DNA from: an uncultured bacterium | GTDB lineage: Bacteria > Planctomycetota > SZUA-567 > JAKLDR01 | Direction of reading: 5' to 3' | DNA: 64,000 bases | Assembly (NCBI GenBank): GCA_965370045.1 | Contig: CBDUSI010000005.1 | Location: 4,984 to 68,983 of the forward strand | Shown here: positions 18,244 through 27,346 of the stretch, piece by piece | Layout: every line of letters begins with the position of its first letter | Position numbering within the stretch: the stretch's first letter is position 1 | The notes under the pieces: generated by a model | What the model saw: only the letters and a program-made list of their open reading frames with translations | Database searches by the model: none | Told to the model about the DNA's origin: nothing | Position numbers and translations under genes: made by a program

Positions 18244-19056
18244 CTACTTCAGCTGCGACTCCGGATCGGCGTTGTACTGCTCGATGTCCTTGAAGTAGTT
18301 GACCGTGCCGACCTTAAGCTCCACCGTGGCGGCATCGTCGCAGACGATCAGCCCGTGCTGGTGAAGCTGCAGCGCCGACACCGTCCACATGTGGTTGACG
18401 CCCTGCTCCACGCAGTGGTGCAGCGCCCGGGCCTTGTTGTGCCCGGTGACCAGGATGACCACGCGGTGAGAGTCGATCACCGTGCCCACGCCGACGGTCA
18501 GTGCGGTGGAGGGAACTTTGTCGGGGTCGTCGCCGAAGAAGCGGCTGTTGGCGATCTTGGTGTCGGTGGTCAGGGTCTTGACCCGCGTGCGCGAGGTGAG
18601 CGAGCTGGCCGGCTCGTTGAAGGCGATGTGCCCGTCCGGCCCGATGCCCCCGAGGAAGAGGCGCACCCCGCCGTAGCTCTCGATCTTCTCCTCGTAGCGG
18701 GCGCACTCGGCCTCGAGATCCTCGGCCATGCCGTTCAGGATGTTGACGTTCTCCTTCCTGATGTCCACGTGGTCGAAAAGGTTCTTCCACATGAAGGAGT
18801 GGTAGCTCTCGGGATGGTCCGGGGACAGACCCACGTACTCGTCCATGTTGAAGGTCACCACGTTCTCAAAGGAGACCTTGCCGGCCTTCTTCAGCTTGAT
18901 CAGGTTATTGTAGGTGGCTATCGGCGTCGAGCCGGTGGGCAGGCCGAGCACGAAGGGCCTCTCGGCGGTGGGGCCGAACGTCCTGATCCTCATGGCGATG
19001 TACGCCGCGGTCCACTGTCCCACACGCTCGGCGGTCGGTTGGATGATTACGCGCAC
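18244..19056 (-). CDS. nagB: Glucosamine-6-phosphate deaminase
   Basis: [29 protein letters not shown] and TVGVGT motifs. Start moved to GTG 19054-19056 (VRVIIQP), which has AGGAGGA 5 nt upstream; the track ORF N-extension (40 aa) has no RBS. Confidence 0.9.
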   Translation of the reverse strand: MRVIIQPTAERVGQWTAAYIAMRIRTFGPTAERPFVLGLPTGSTPIATYNNLIKLKKAGKVSFENVVTFNMDEYVGLSPDHPESYHSFMWKNLFDHVDIRKENVNILNGMAEDLEAECARYEEKIESYGGVRLFLGGIGPDGHIAFNEPASSLTSRTRVKTLTTDTKIANSRFFGDDPDKVPSTALTVGVGTVIDSHRVVILVTGHNKARALHHCVEQGVNHMWTVSALQLHQHGLIVCDDAATVELKVGTVNYFKDIEQYNADPESQLK

Positions 19057-19090
19057 CGTGTTCCTCCTGTCTTCTTGTGTCTGCAAACCT

Positions 19091-19108
19091 CTTCTCAACG
19101 GTGAGAAG
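19091..19108. promoter_or_regulatory. Perfect 7-bp inverted repeat (CTTCTCA-ACGG-TGAGAAG) in the nagB 5' region
   Basis: Read directly; lies 35-52 nt upstream of the nagB GTG. Could be an operator or a 5'-UTR hairpin. Confidence 0.25.
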
Positions 19109-19209
19109 TCAAGGCTGTCGACCATACGATATCCGCATCCATGAACGCCGTCAAGTTGGCCCGCTTCCGGAAACACATGACAGCATCAGAACGGCTCGCT
19201 GCGCGCAAC

Positions 19210-19238
19210 TTGACAGTGCCCCGAAAGGCTGCTAATAA
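19210..19238 (+). promoter_or_regulatory. Near-consensus sigma-70 promoter for the plus-strand sugar-acid operon
   Basis: TTGACA (19210-19215), a 17-nt spacer, then TAATAA (19233-19238), about 33 nt upstream of the ATG at 19271 (RBS AGGAGA). Confidence 0.5.
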
Positions 19239-19270
19239 GGTCTATTATCCACCGATGGCAGGAGACCCCG

Positions 19271-20833
19271 ATGCCCCTGATCGACATCCTGAAACCCGAT
19301 GCCCCGGTCGCGCCGCCGGACGACCCGGCGCGCGCCGCCGAGGAGCTCAACGCCCTGACCGGCTCGCAGGTCTACGCCGACTCAATAACCGTCTCCGGCC
19401 CGACGGCCTACTTCATGTCCCGCCGGGGGACCGAAAAGCTGGTCGGCGCGGTCTTTGCGGGCGACGACCCCGGAGCAGCCGGGGCCCTGGACGGAGAGTC
19501 CGGAAGCTCGGAGAAACTGGGCTTCCGCCTGGCGCCCGCGGACATCGAGTCCGCCGGCCTCCTCCGCGAGAACCTGCCCTTCCTGAAGCCCTCCCTGGTG
19601 GGTCTGGCCACCAGCCTGGGGCTCGGCGACCGCCTGGGCATCGCCACTCCGGGCCACGCCCTGGCGATCAGGGGCACGGGGCTGGCGCCCTACTTCTGCC
19701 AGCAGTCCATCCGGGAGATGACCCGCACCGCGCGCACCCCGCGCCAGGTGCAGGCCACCGCGTCCCTGGGCGCCATGGAGGCCGGCTGGCGGGGTGGCTT
19801 CGGCTCCGACGCCGACCACCTCAAGACCGCGGCGGACATCGACTACTGCCTGGACGCCGGGTTCACCATGTTCACCTTCGACCCCGGCGATCACGTCGAC
19901 GACCAGGCCGACGGCCTCTCCGGCTCAGCGCTGGCCGAGCGCTTCGAGAGGCTGCCCTGGGCGCGGCTGGAAATCTCGTCCGCCGACTGCCGCAAGCTCT
20001 ACGCCGACCGGTCCGCGGCCCTCAAGGGCGGGGCAACCATCGAGATTTCCGAGGAGGCCGCGCTGCGCGCCGCGGTCAAATACGGCAAGGCCATCGCCCA
20101 CGTCCTGGAGCTCTACCGCTACCTCCGCGCAAAGACCGCGACGGGACGTTTCGAGGTGGAGGTCTCCGTCGACGAGACCAACTCGCCGACTACCGTTGCG
20201 GAGCACTACTACGTGGCCGCGGAACTGGGGCGGCTGGGCGTCGAGTGGGTCAGCCTCGCGCCGCGTTTTGTGGGCCGCTTCGAGAAGGGCGTGGACTACA
20301 TCGGCGACCTCGACGAACTCAGGAGCGCCCTGGAGGGCCACGCCGCGGTGGCTCGCACGCTGGGCCCCTACAAGCTGAGCATCCACTCGGGCTCGGACAA
20401 GTTCAGCGTATACCCTTTGGCCGCCGAGGCCGCCGGGGGACTGGTGCACGTCAAGACCGCGGGCACCAGCTACCTGGAGGCCCTCAGGACGCTGGCCGCC
20501 GGCGCAGACCGTGAGCTCTTCCGGGAGATACTCGGCTTCTCCATCGGCAGGTACGAGGACGACAAGCAGACCTACCACGTCTCAGCGGACGTGAGCAAGA
20601 CCCTCAGGCCCCAGGCGCTGAGCGACGACGAGTTGGCCCCCGCGCTCGACCAGTTCGACACCCGCCAGGCCCTGCACGTCACCTACGGCTCGGTGCTGGG
20701 CGAGAAGGACGAGCACGGCGAACCGCGTTTCAAGAACCGGCTGATGGCCGCCCTGGCCGAGAACGAGGGCCTCCATTACGAGATCCTCGCCAAACACCTG
20801 GGCCGTCACGCGGCGCCGTTCGCCAGGAAATAG
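19271..20833 (+). CDS. UxaE-like tagaturonate/fructuronate epimerase family protein
   Basis: Motifs SLGLGDRLGIATPGH, FCQQSIREMTRT, GSDADHLKT, SIHSGSDKFSVYP and HVKTAGTSYLEALR match what I recall of the UxaE (TM0440-type) family. About 520 aa. Confidence 0.55.
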   Translation: MPLIDILKPDAPVAPPDDPARAAEELNALTGSQVYADSITVSGPTAYFMSRRGTEKLVGAVFAGDDPGAAGALDGESGSSEKLGFRLAPADIESAGLLRENLPFLKPSLVGLATSLGLGDRLGIATPGHALAIRGTGLAPYFCQQSIREMTRTARTPRQVQATASLGAMEAGWRGGFGSDADHLKTAADIDYCLDAGFTMFTFDPGDHVDDQADGLSGSALAERFERLPWARLEISSADCRKLYADRSAALKGGATIEISEEAALRAAVKYGKAIAHVLELYRYLRAKTATGRFEVEVSVDETNSPTTVAEHYYVAAELGRLGVEWVSLAPRFVGRFEKGVDYIGDLDELRSALEGHAAVARTLGPYKLSIHSGSDKFSVYPLAAEAAGGLVHVKTAGTSYLEALRTLAAGADRELFREILGFSIGRYEDDKQTYHVSADVSKTLRPQALSDDELAPALDQFDTRQALHVTYGSVLGEKDEHGEPRFKNRLMAALAENEGLHYEILAKHLGRHAAPFARK

Positions 20834-20851
20834 GATACGGGGAACCGAGTC

Positions 20852-22360
20852 GTGCCAGACAGGATCGTTCTCAATTTCGACGAGTACCTGGACCGCGTCC
20901 GCGCCTGCTGGCTGGGCAAGAGCATCGGCGGGACGCTGGGCGGTCCCCACGAGTGCAAGACCCATGTGCTGGACCTGGACTTCTACCGCCCGGTGCCCAC
21001 CGAGCCCCAGCCCAACGACGACCTCGATTTGCAGCTGGTCTGGCTGGTCATGCTGGAGGAAACCGGCCTGCCCCCGCGCCTGGGGCACTTCGCCGACTGG
21101 TGGCTGAAGCGCCTGTCCAGCTATCCGTGGAACGAGTACGGCTTCTGCACGCGAAACCTCAACAGAGGGCTGCGCCCCCCCGTCTCCGGCTGCTTCGAGA
21201 ACTACTATGTCGACGAGATGGGCTCGCCGATTCGCAGCGAGATATGGTCCTGCCTGGCGCCGGGCGATCCCGACCTGGCCGCCTCCATGGCCTGGATGGA
21301 CTCGGCCCTGGACCACGCCGGCGGCGAGGGCACCTGGGGCGAGATGTTCTGGGCCGCCGTGGGCAGCGCGGCCTTCGTCGAGCGCGACCCCCGCAAGTTG
21401 CTGCGCATCGGTCTGGGCATGATCCCGGTGCACTCGCAGATATCGCGCGCGGTGCGCGAGGCGGTCTGGTGCCGGGACAACGGCGTGTCCTGGGCCGACG
21501 CGCGCCAGCGGATCGTGAACGGGTTCATATTCGGCGACGGCTCTCCCTCCCGCGGCGGGCCACGGCCCTGCCACGCGGCGGTCAACCACGGCTTCACCGT
21601 GCTGGGCTGGCTCTACGGCGAGGACTTCGGCGACAAGCTCTGCAAGGCGGTCAACTGCTCTTTCGACACCGACTGCACCGGGGCCACTCTGGGAGCGCTG
21701 CTGGGCATCCTCGGCGGCACGCAAGCCATCCCCGAGAAATGGCTGGCGCCCGTCGGCCAGAAGATCATTCTCCACAAGTTCACGGAGCTGCCCGAGTCGC
21801 CGAAGGACGTAGCCGAGCTTTCCGAGCGCACCGCGGCGCTGGCCCGCCTGGTGCCCGAAAAGATGTCCGCGGATTTCGAGTTCGGAACGACGACCGAATT
21901 GCCGACGGACCTGGACTCTGCCCTGGCGCGCAACGACCTGGCCCTGGCCGCCGCGCGCCGCGACCCGCAGTCCGCGGTAGAAGATCGCGGCGACCCCGCC
22001 ATCACCCTGCACTACAGCGGCGAACCGGTGCTCTATCCCGGCGTTGGGAAGACCGTGGGCGTCTCGTTGGCCCTCGATGGCCAGGAGGCCCCCGGCGAGG
22101 TCGAGTTGGCCGTCCCCACGGGCTGGTCGGCCGAGCCCGCCCCCGCCCTCTTCGGACAGACGCGCTTCACCCTGCGCGCCGGGGAGGTCGCGGACCGGAA
22201 CACGATAAAGGTCACCGCCAGGGCCGGCGGAGCGTCCTCCGAGGCCGAGTTCATCGTGCTCGGTCCCGGCGAGGCCCGCGGTTACCCCGCGGTGGACAAC
22301 GTGCCCAAGTGCGGGAAATGCGCGGCGTGGGCAGGGGCCTGCGTCTGCAAGGCAGAATGA
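20852..22360 (+). CDS. ADP-ribosylglycohydrolase (ARH) family protein with an extra C-terminal beta-rich domain
   Basis: N-terminal RACWLGKSIGGTLGGPHE and C-terminal-lobe FDTDCTGATLGALLG are the two metal-site motifs of the ARH fold. About 150 extra C-terminal residues end in CGKCAAWAGACVCKAE. Confidence 0.75.
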   Translation: MPDRIVLNFDEYLDRVRACWLGKSIGGTLGGPHECKTHVLDLDFYRPVPTEPQPNDDLDLQLVWLVMLEETGLPPRLGHFADWWLKRLSSYPWNEYGFCTRNLNRGLRPPVSGCFENYYVDEMGSPIRSEIWSCLAPGDPDLAASMAWMDSALDHAGGEGTWGEMFWAAVGSAAFVERDPRKLLRIGLGMIPVHSQISRAVREAVWCRDNGVSWADARQRIVNGFIFGDGSPSRGGPRPCHAAVNHGFTVLGWLYGEDFGDKLCKAVNCSFDTDCTGATLGALLGILGGTQAIPEKWLAPVGQKIILHKFTELPESPKDVAELSERTAALARLVPEKMSADFEFGTTTELPTDLDSALARNDLALAAARRDPQSAVEDRGDPAITLHYSGEPVLYPGVGKTVGVSLALDGQEAPGEVELAVPTGWSAEPAPALFGQTRFTLRAGEVADRNTIKVTARAGGASSEAEFIVLGPGEARGYPAVDNVPKCGKCAAWAGACVCKAE

Positions 22361-22375
22361 GACAGGAGCAATAGC

Positions 22376-23176
22376 ATGGCTGATTACCTCAACGAAATGT
22401 TCTCGCTGGCCGGCAAACGCGCGGTGGTCACCGGCGGCGGCGGGGTGCTGGGCACCGACATGGCCTCGGCGCTGGCCCGGGCCGGCGCGGACGTAATCCT
22501 CTGGGACGTCCGCGAGGACGCGCTGACGGCCGCCGCCGAGCGCATCACGGAGCACGCGGGGCGCGACTGCGTCTCGACGCGCAAAGTGGACCTCATGGAC
22601 GAGGCGGACATGCTGGCGGCCGTCGAGGCGGCCGGCGACTTCCAGATACTGCTCAACGCCTGCGGAGGCAACCGCGGCAAGGCCGCGCTGGTCGAGCAGG
22701 ACATGGAGACCTTTCAGTTCGTCATGAAGCTCAACGTTGAGGCCGGCTGCTTCCTGCCCATGAAAGTGGTCGCCAAGCAGTGGATAGACAAGGGCGTCAA
22801 GGGCAACATCATCAACATCGCCTCAATGGCCAGCTACGTGCCATTGAGCGGCGTGTGGGCCTACGACGCGGCCAAGGCCGCCGTGAAGAACCTGACCGAG
22901 GGCGCCGCCAAGGAACTGGCGCCTCAGGGCATCAGGGTCAACGCCATCGCCCCGGGCTTCTTCATCGGTGAGCAGAACAGGAGACTCCTGACCAACGAGG
23001 ACGGCTCGCTGACTGAGCGCGGACAGGCAGTCATCGACCATACGCCCTTCGGCAGGTTCGGCGAAGCCAACGAACTGATGGGCGCGGTGCTCTACCTGGC
23101 CTCGGACAGCGCAGCCGGCTTCGCGACCGGCATCACCGTCCCGGTGGACGGCGGCTACCTGGTACAGAACATCTAG
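22376..23176 (+). CDS. SDR family oxidoreductase (uronate/mannonate-type context)
   Basis: Cofactor motif VVTGGGGVLG, catalytic YDAAKAAV (YxxxK), and NAIAPGF. Confidence 0.85.
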   Translation: MADYLNEMFSLAGKRAVVTGGGGVLGTDMASALARAGADVILWDVREDALTAAAERITEHAGRDCVSTRKVDLMDEADMLAAVEAAGDFQILLNACGGNRGKAALVEQDMETFQFVMKLNVEAGCFLPMKVVAKQWIDKGVKGNIINIASMASYVPLSGVWAYDAAKAAVKNLTEGAAKELAPQGIRVNAIAPGFFIGEQNRRLLTNEDGSLTERGQAVIDHTPFGRFGEANELMGAVLYLASDSAAGFATGITVPVDGGYLVQNI

Positions 23177-23302
23177 CGCCCGGCAGCCGCGCGCCCGCGG
23201 GAGTTCGCTTCGCGCGAAAATGCGCTTGCGGGAGCCCCCGGCACCGACGAAACTCCGCGCGGGCACGAGCCCCGACCCCCAGTGACCCGGGAGCAATCAC
23301 CA

Positions 23303-26200
23303 ATGGCCAGGGCGAAAGTCGCGATTCCCTCGTTCGCCAAGCAGGCCGAGCGCATCCTCGGACTGGAAATCGAAACGCGCATCAACAAGCTGGGCGGCTA
23401 CGGCCCGGCTGGCGAGGTGATTTACGAAGGCCACCCCCAGGGCTGTCCCTCGGTGCTGGTCGACAACTATCAGGAAGCCACCGCGACCTTCACCTCCAAC
23501 GGCTCGACGGCCTTCACGGTCACGCTCCCCGAGGGCATGGAAGTCCACGTCCTGGCCGGCAGCTTCGACGGGGTCGAGAAGCACGAGATCGGGGTGCCCT
23601 CCACCAACGTCTGGCTGGAAGCCTCGGCCGGCAAGAGGCGGCACCTCGCCTCGCTGCTCAACCCCCGCGCCAACATCGACTGCGACCCGGAGGCGGTGCG
23701 CATCGTCAAGCTCGGCGACCCGGACCGCTCCATGTGGTACTGCGCATGGTTCCGTCCCGCGAAGGGCCTGGCCTACGTCACGGCGGTCAAGCACTCCATG
23801 AGCTGCACGCGCCAGGGCCCGGCGGTGCTCCGCCAGGTCTACATAAGGAACATCGGCCGCAAGCGCTTCGGCGGCAAGCTCTGGAACTCCTACAACCTGC
23901 ACGGCACCCAGCGCTTCGTCTACAACAAAGAGATCTGGTACGATCGGGGGATCCCCGTCTCCGCCGGAGAGATGGTGGTGGCCGCCACCGTGCCCTACAG
24001 CGAGATCGTCCAGGTCAAGCGCGTCTCCGGCCGCCCCCGGGGCATGAAGGCCATCGAGTCCACCTGCGACTACACCGACTTCGTGGGCGACTCGGCGGCG
24101 CTGTCGCTGATGCCCGAGGCGGTGCGCCGCGGCCGTCTGCTGGCCGTCGGCGCCGGCCGGATGATGAACCGCTTCGCCACCGCGACCATCGCCGCGGACC
24201 GCTACGACCTGAAACTGGCCTCCGGAAAGAGCGCGGTCCTCGAACAGGAACTCCTCTACGTCACCGACCCGAAAGTGATCCGCCGCTTCCGCCGGATTGC
24301 GGACTGCTCCACCCCCACCTACAAGGCCATAGCCGGGGCCTTCCTGAAGGCCGCGCGCGAGGTAGTGCGCAGCACTCCCGGCGTGAAGCAGGCCGTCGCC
24401 GCCCGGCTGGCCCCCAGCGGGAAGGAACCCTGGCCCCGCTTCGAATTCGCCCTGCCCGAGCAGCGCGCTCTCTCGGAGTACGCCAAGAGCGTCTGGACCG
24501 GCGTCCAGGAGCTCTACGAGACCTGCCGCGCGCACGGCGCGGTGCTCGCCGAGGGCATCGAGCTGGGCACCCGTGACCGCGCCCAGGACATGTGGCCCAA
24601 GATGAAGGAATATCCCGGCCGGGTCCGCGCGGACCTGGTCCACGCGCTGGGCTTCATGTACGTGACCCAGGAGCTGCCCCTGCACCTCTCCCGGCCGCTG
24701 AAGCTGATACAGAAGCTCCACGGCATGTTCCCCCGGCAGTACCCCAGCCGCTGGGACAATCGCAGCCAGGAGGTCATGAACGACAACCGGCCCTACGCCG
24801 ACAGCCCCCTGTGGCTGATAAACTCGCTGAACATGTACATGCGCGAGACCGGCGACACCAGCATCCTCGGCGAGCGCGTCAAGACCGTGCAGCTGACCAG
24901 GCCGCACGACCCGGAGAACTCCGGCATTATCGGCTGCGACCTGGAGTACAGCGTGGCCGAGGTGGTCTTCGAGATATTCGCCTCCTTCGCCCGGATGGTG
25001 CGGGACACCCCCTACGGCATGGCCCAGATCCTATACGGGGACTGGTGCGACCCCATCGACATGTTCGGCACCTCGGTGGTCGGCGACGCGCGCACGCGCG
25101 GCAAGGGCCGCGGCGTGCAGACCCGGCTCTCCGCGCACCTCTTCGAGTGCCTGGTCGATACCGTTGACGTGCTCGAGGCCCCCGGCGTCGCCGAGAAGCT
25201 GGAGGCCATGCACCTGGCGGCGCACATCAGGGGCCTCAAGAACTTCGCGGGCCGTCTGCGCGGCAACGTCATCAAGTGGGCCTGGGAGGACGGCCCGAAC
25301 CCCGGATTCATCGACTGTATCCACGAACTGCGCAAGAACGGCTCGCGGCCGAACTACAAGAAGGGGCAGACCGGCTACACCCTGGGCTCCATGAAGGGCC
25401 GCGACTTCGACGGCATCAACCGCCGGCAGCTGACCAGCCAGGCCTACGGCCTCAAGATGCTGATCACCAACCGCCCCTGGCTCAAGAAGGTCCGCGGCGC
25501 GAATAAAATGACAGACGCCCTCCTGGCCAGCGTCGACCGCCTGCACTTCGACGAGGTCCTCGGGCTGGTGATGTTCTCGGCGGCGGTGGCCAACGACCAG
25601 CGCGCCGTGGACCTGGTCGGGCGCATCGGCGTCTTCCCGGCGGGCTGCGGCGAGAACGGCGAGTACCACCACGGCCAGGTGATGATGCACCGCAACCGCC
25701 TGCTGGTCCCCGGGCAGGCCGAGAAGGTCTGGGAGCAGTTCCCCAAGGTGATGAGCGCCATGCGCGGCGAGGGTCTGGCCGGGCCGTTCGAGTCGCCGAC
25801 CAACTGCTACGTCTCCGACCGCACCGACCCGCACTTCGCCAAGGGCATGTACTTCGGCCTGTCCGGCTCAGTCGACTGGATCATCGAGATATTCGGGAGC
25901 ATCGCCGGGCTGGAGCTGGCCCTCCACGACCGGGGCAAGCCCGACCTGCGCGTCGAGCCGCGCCTGCCGACCGCGGCGGGTCGAGCGCTCTCCCTCAAGC
26001 GGGTCATCCACTGCGCGCCGCGCCCCGGCCAGTACCGGCAGGTCCCTCTTCACGTGGAGGTGCGCACCAGCGGGACCGGACCATGCGTCGTCGAGACCCT
26101 GGTAAAGCTCAACGGCAAGCGCGTCCCGACCGCCGAGGTGCGCGACCTCCGCAAGTTCAAGCGCGTCAAGCTCGAGATAACCCAGGTCCGCGGCAGCTAA
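23303..26200 (+). CDS. GH94-like glycoside phosphorylase superfamily protein
   Basis: PLWLINSLNMYMRETGDTSILGERV resembles the GH94 (cellobiose/chitobiose phosphorylase) YIKETGD.SIL segment. YGDWCDPIDMFG resembles the catalytic (A/G)DWND loop. About 965 aa. Start placed at ATG 23303 (GGGAG 9 nt upstream). Confidence 0.5.
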   Translation: MARAKVAIPSFAKQAERILGLEIETRINKLGGYGPAGEVIYEGHPQGCPSVLVDNYQEATATFTSNGSTAFTVTLPEGMEVHVLAGSFDGVEKHEIGVPSTNVWLEASAGKRRHLASLLNPRANIDCDPEAVRIVKLGDPDRSMWYCAWFRPAKGLAYVTAVKHSMSCTRQGPAVLRQVYIRNIGRKRFGGKLWNSYNLHGTQRFVYNKEIWYDRGIPVSAGEMVVAATVPYSEIVQVKRVSGRPRGMKAIESTCDYTDFVGDSAALSLMPEAVRRGRLLAVGAGRMMNRFATATIAADRYDLKLASGKSAVLEQELLYVTDPKVIRRFRRIADCSTPTYKAIAGAFLKAAREVVRSTPGVKQAVAARLAPSGKEPWPRFEFALPEQRALSEYAKSVWTGVQELYETCRAHGAVLAEGIELGTRDRAQDMWPKMKEYPGRVRADLVHALGFMYVTQELPLHLSRPLKLIQKLHGMFPRQYPSRWDNRSQEVMNDNRPYADSPLWLINSLNMYMRETGDTSILGERVKTVQLTRPHDPENSGIIGCDLEYSVAEVVFEIFASFARMVRDTPYGMAQILYGDWCDPIDMFGTSVVGDARTRGKGRGVQTRLSAHLFECLVDTVDVLEAPGVAEKLEAMHLAAHIRGLKNFAGRLRGNVIKWAWEDGPNPGFIDCIHELRKNGSRPNYKKGQTGYTLGSMKGRDFDGINRRQLTSQAYGLKMLITNRPWLKKVRGANKMTDALLASVDRLHFDEVLGLVMFSAAVANDQRAVDLVGRIGVFPAGCGENGEYHHGQVMMHRNRLLVPGQAEKVWEQFPKVMSAMRGEGLAGPFESPTNCYVSDRTDPHFAKGMYFGLSGSVDWIIEIFGSIAGLELALHDRGKPDLRVEPRLPTAAGRALSLKRVIHCAPRPGQYRQVPLHVEVRTSGTGPCVVETLVKLNGKRVPTAEVRDLRKFKRVKLEITQVRGS

Positions 26201-26292
26201 GCGTCCCGGACGACAGCGCCCTCTCCGGCGCCGGCGTCATTCACGCCTTACATCACATCCTTTCCTTGTGGGTCATCCCCTTTCACGCCTGG

Positions 26293-26319
26293 TGCCGCTC
26301 CGAGCGGCAACCGCCTTTT
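26293..26319 (+). terminator. Possible intrinsic terminator after the GH94-like gene
   Basis: TGCCGCT-CCG-AGCGGCA (7-bp stem) is followed 6 nt later by TTTT. The T-tract is not immediately adjacent, so this is weak. Confidence 0.3.
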
Positions 26320-26379
26320 GTCACGAGCTGAGTCCCTGAACGCCAGCGGCTTGCGCCCGCCGAAAAAAAGTTTCTTTCT

Positions 26380-26497
26380 CACCACCAAGACACCAAGGCA
26401 CTAAGAAATGCCCGGATCGCGGCGGGCGTCGGGGGCAAAGCTGACGTGCTCGTTCGCGGACATAGTCAATCCCTTGGTGTCTTTGTGTCTTGGTGGT
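26380..26497. repeat. Imperfect inverted repeat of a CACCACCAAGACACCAAGG element (REP-like)
   Basis: Left arm caccaccaagacaccaagg (26380-26398). Right arm ccttggtgtctttgtgtcttggtgg (26472-26496) is its reverse complement with an 8-nt internal duplication. The right arm forms the last codons (NHQDTKTPRD) of the minus-strand ORF. Confidence 0.5.
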
Positions 26498-27011
26498 TGA
26501 ATGGTTCCTCCGCGTCCTCGGTGGTGAAACCGTCCCCGTTGCCCCCGTACTCCTCATCGTCGAAGTTGGGTACTGCCGCGCGCCGGCAGGCGGCCAGGGT
26601 GCGTGAGGCTTCCCTGATCTGGGTGAAGGCCTCCGAGTGGCGGCGGGACTTGTCCTGCTTCTCCGCGAAGATCTCGTTGCGCTCGGACAGGACGGCGTTC
26701 TTCTTGCGGCCGCGGTCGTCGGCCATGAGCGTCTGCGCGGCGCGCAGGGCCACGCGCTCGTCTTTGCTGCCAGCGAGTTTCAGCAGTACAGCGCGGGCCT
26801 TGGCGGCGGCCTCCATCGACGCCCGGTACTGGGCCTCCTCGAACAGCGACCAGTAGACCCGTCCGCTCTTGCGGACCAGCTTCCGCAGCCGCTCCCCGTC
26901 GGTGTTAAGCTCGGACGCCAACTGCGCCCAGGTCTTGCCCTGAGCCCGCAGCATGGCGGCCTCCTCCAGCAGTTCCAACTCCTTCTCGGTGAGTTCCTTC
27001 TTGGTGCTCAT
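26466..27011 (-). CDS. Orphan protein with an N-terminal helix-turn-helix-like segment (possibly phage-derived)
   Basis: AQGKTWAQLASELNTDGERLRKLV looks like a small HTH. The rest is charged and helical. Lies in an AT-richer stretch. No family recognised with confidence. Confidence 0.45.
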   Translation of the reverse strand: MSTKKELTEKELELLEEAAMLRAQGKTWAQLASELNTDGERLRKLVRKSGRVYWSLFEEAQYRASMEAAAKARAVLLKLAGSKDERVALRAAQTLMADDRGRKKNAVLSERNEIFAEKQDKSRRHSEAFTQIREASRTLAACRRAAVPNFDDEEYGGNGDGFTTEDAEEPFNHQDTKTPRD

Positions 27012-27191
27012 AGCTCTCCCCTTTCAATAGGCTCCCAAACGATACCAGACCTATCTTATTATACACCGAAGACCCCCGAATGTCAAGCAGATAATACAGA
27101 ATAATGCTGACAAAATGCAAGTAGCTGTATAAGCGGCGGTTAAGGGCGCGCAAAGGCCCGTTTTTGACTCCGATATACGCTCCTGGCTTCT

Positions 27192-27248
27192 GACAACCGA
27201 CAACCGGCCACGCCTCTCCTCCAGACTCCGGACTCCAGACTCCAGACT
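27192..27248. repeat. Short tandem heptamer repeats in an AT-rich intergenic region
   Basis: GACAACC x2 (27192-27205) and CCAGACT/CCGGACT/CCAGACT/CCAGACT x4 (27221-27248), read directly. They lie about 100-150 nt upstream of the lipoprotein gene start at 27347. Confidence 0.6.
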
Positions 27249-27346
27249 GAGCGCTCCTTGACTTCCGCCCGTGACGGCGGCATATCGGAATCCCGGAAAT
27301 CTCAGAAACGGAAGACCGCCTCGCGCGTCTAAGAGAGTGGTGACTT

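Noticed and set aside
20852-22360. The ADP-ribosylglycohydrolase as an antitoxin or ADP-ribosylation reversal enzyme of a conflict system (DarG/DraG-like).
   Set aside because: No ADP-ribosyltransferase or DarT-like partner is nearby. The gene sits inside a promoter-to-terminator carbohydrate operon.
26347-26369. Hairpin GCGGC-TTGC-GCC(C)GC followed by A7, considered as a terminator for either convergent gene.
   Set aside because: On the plus strand the hairpin is followed by As, not Ts. On the minus strand the T-run precedes the hairpin. The geometry is therefore wrong for an intrinsic terminator in either direction.
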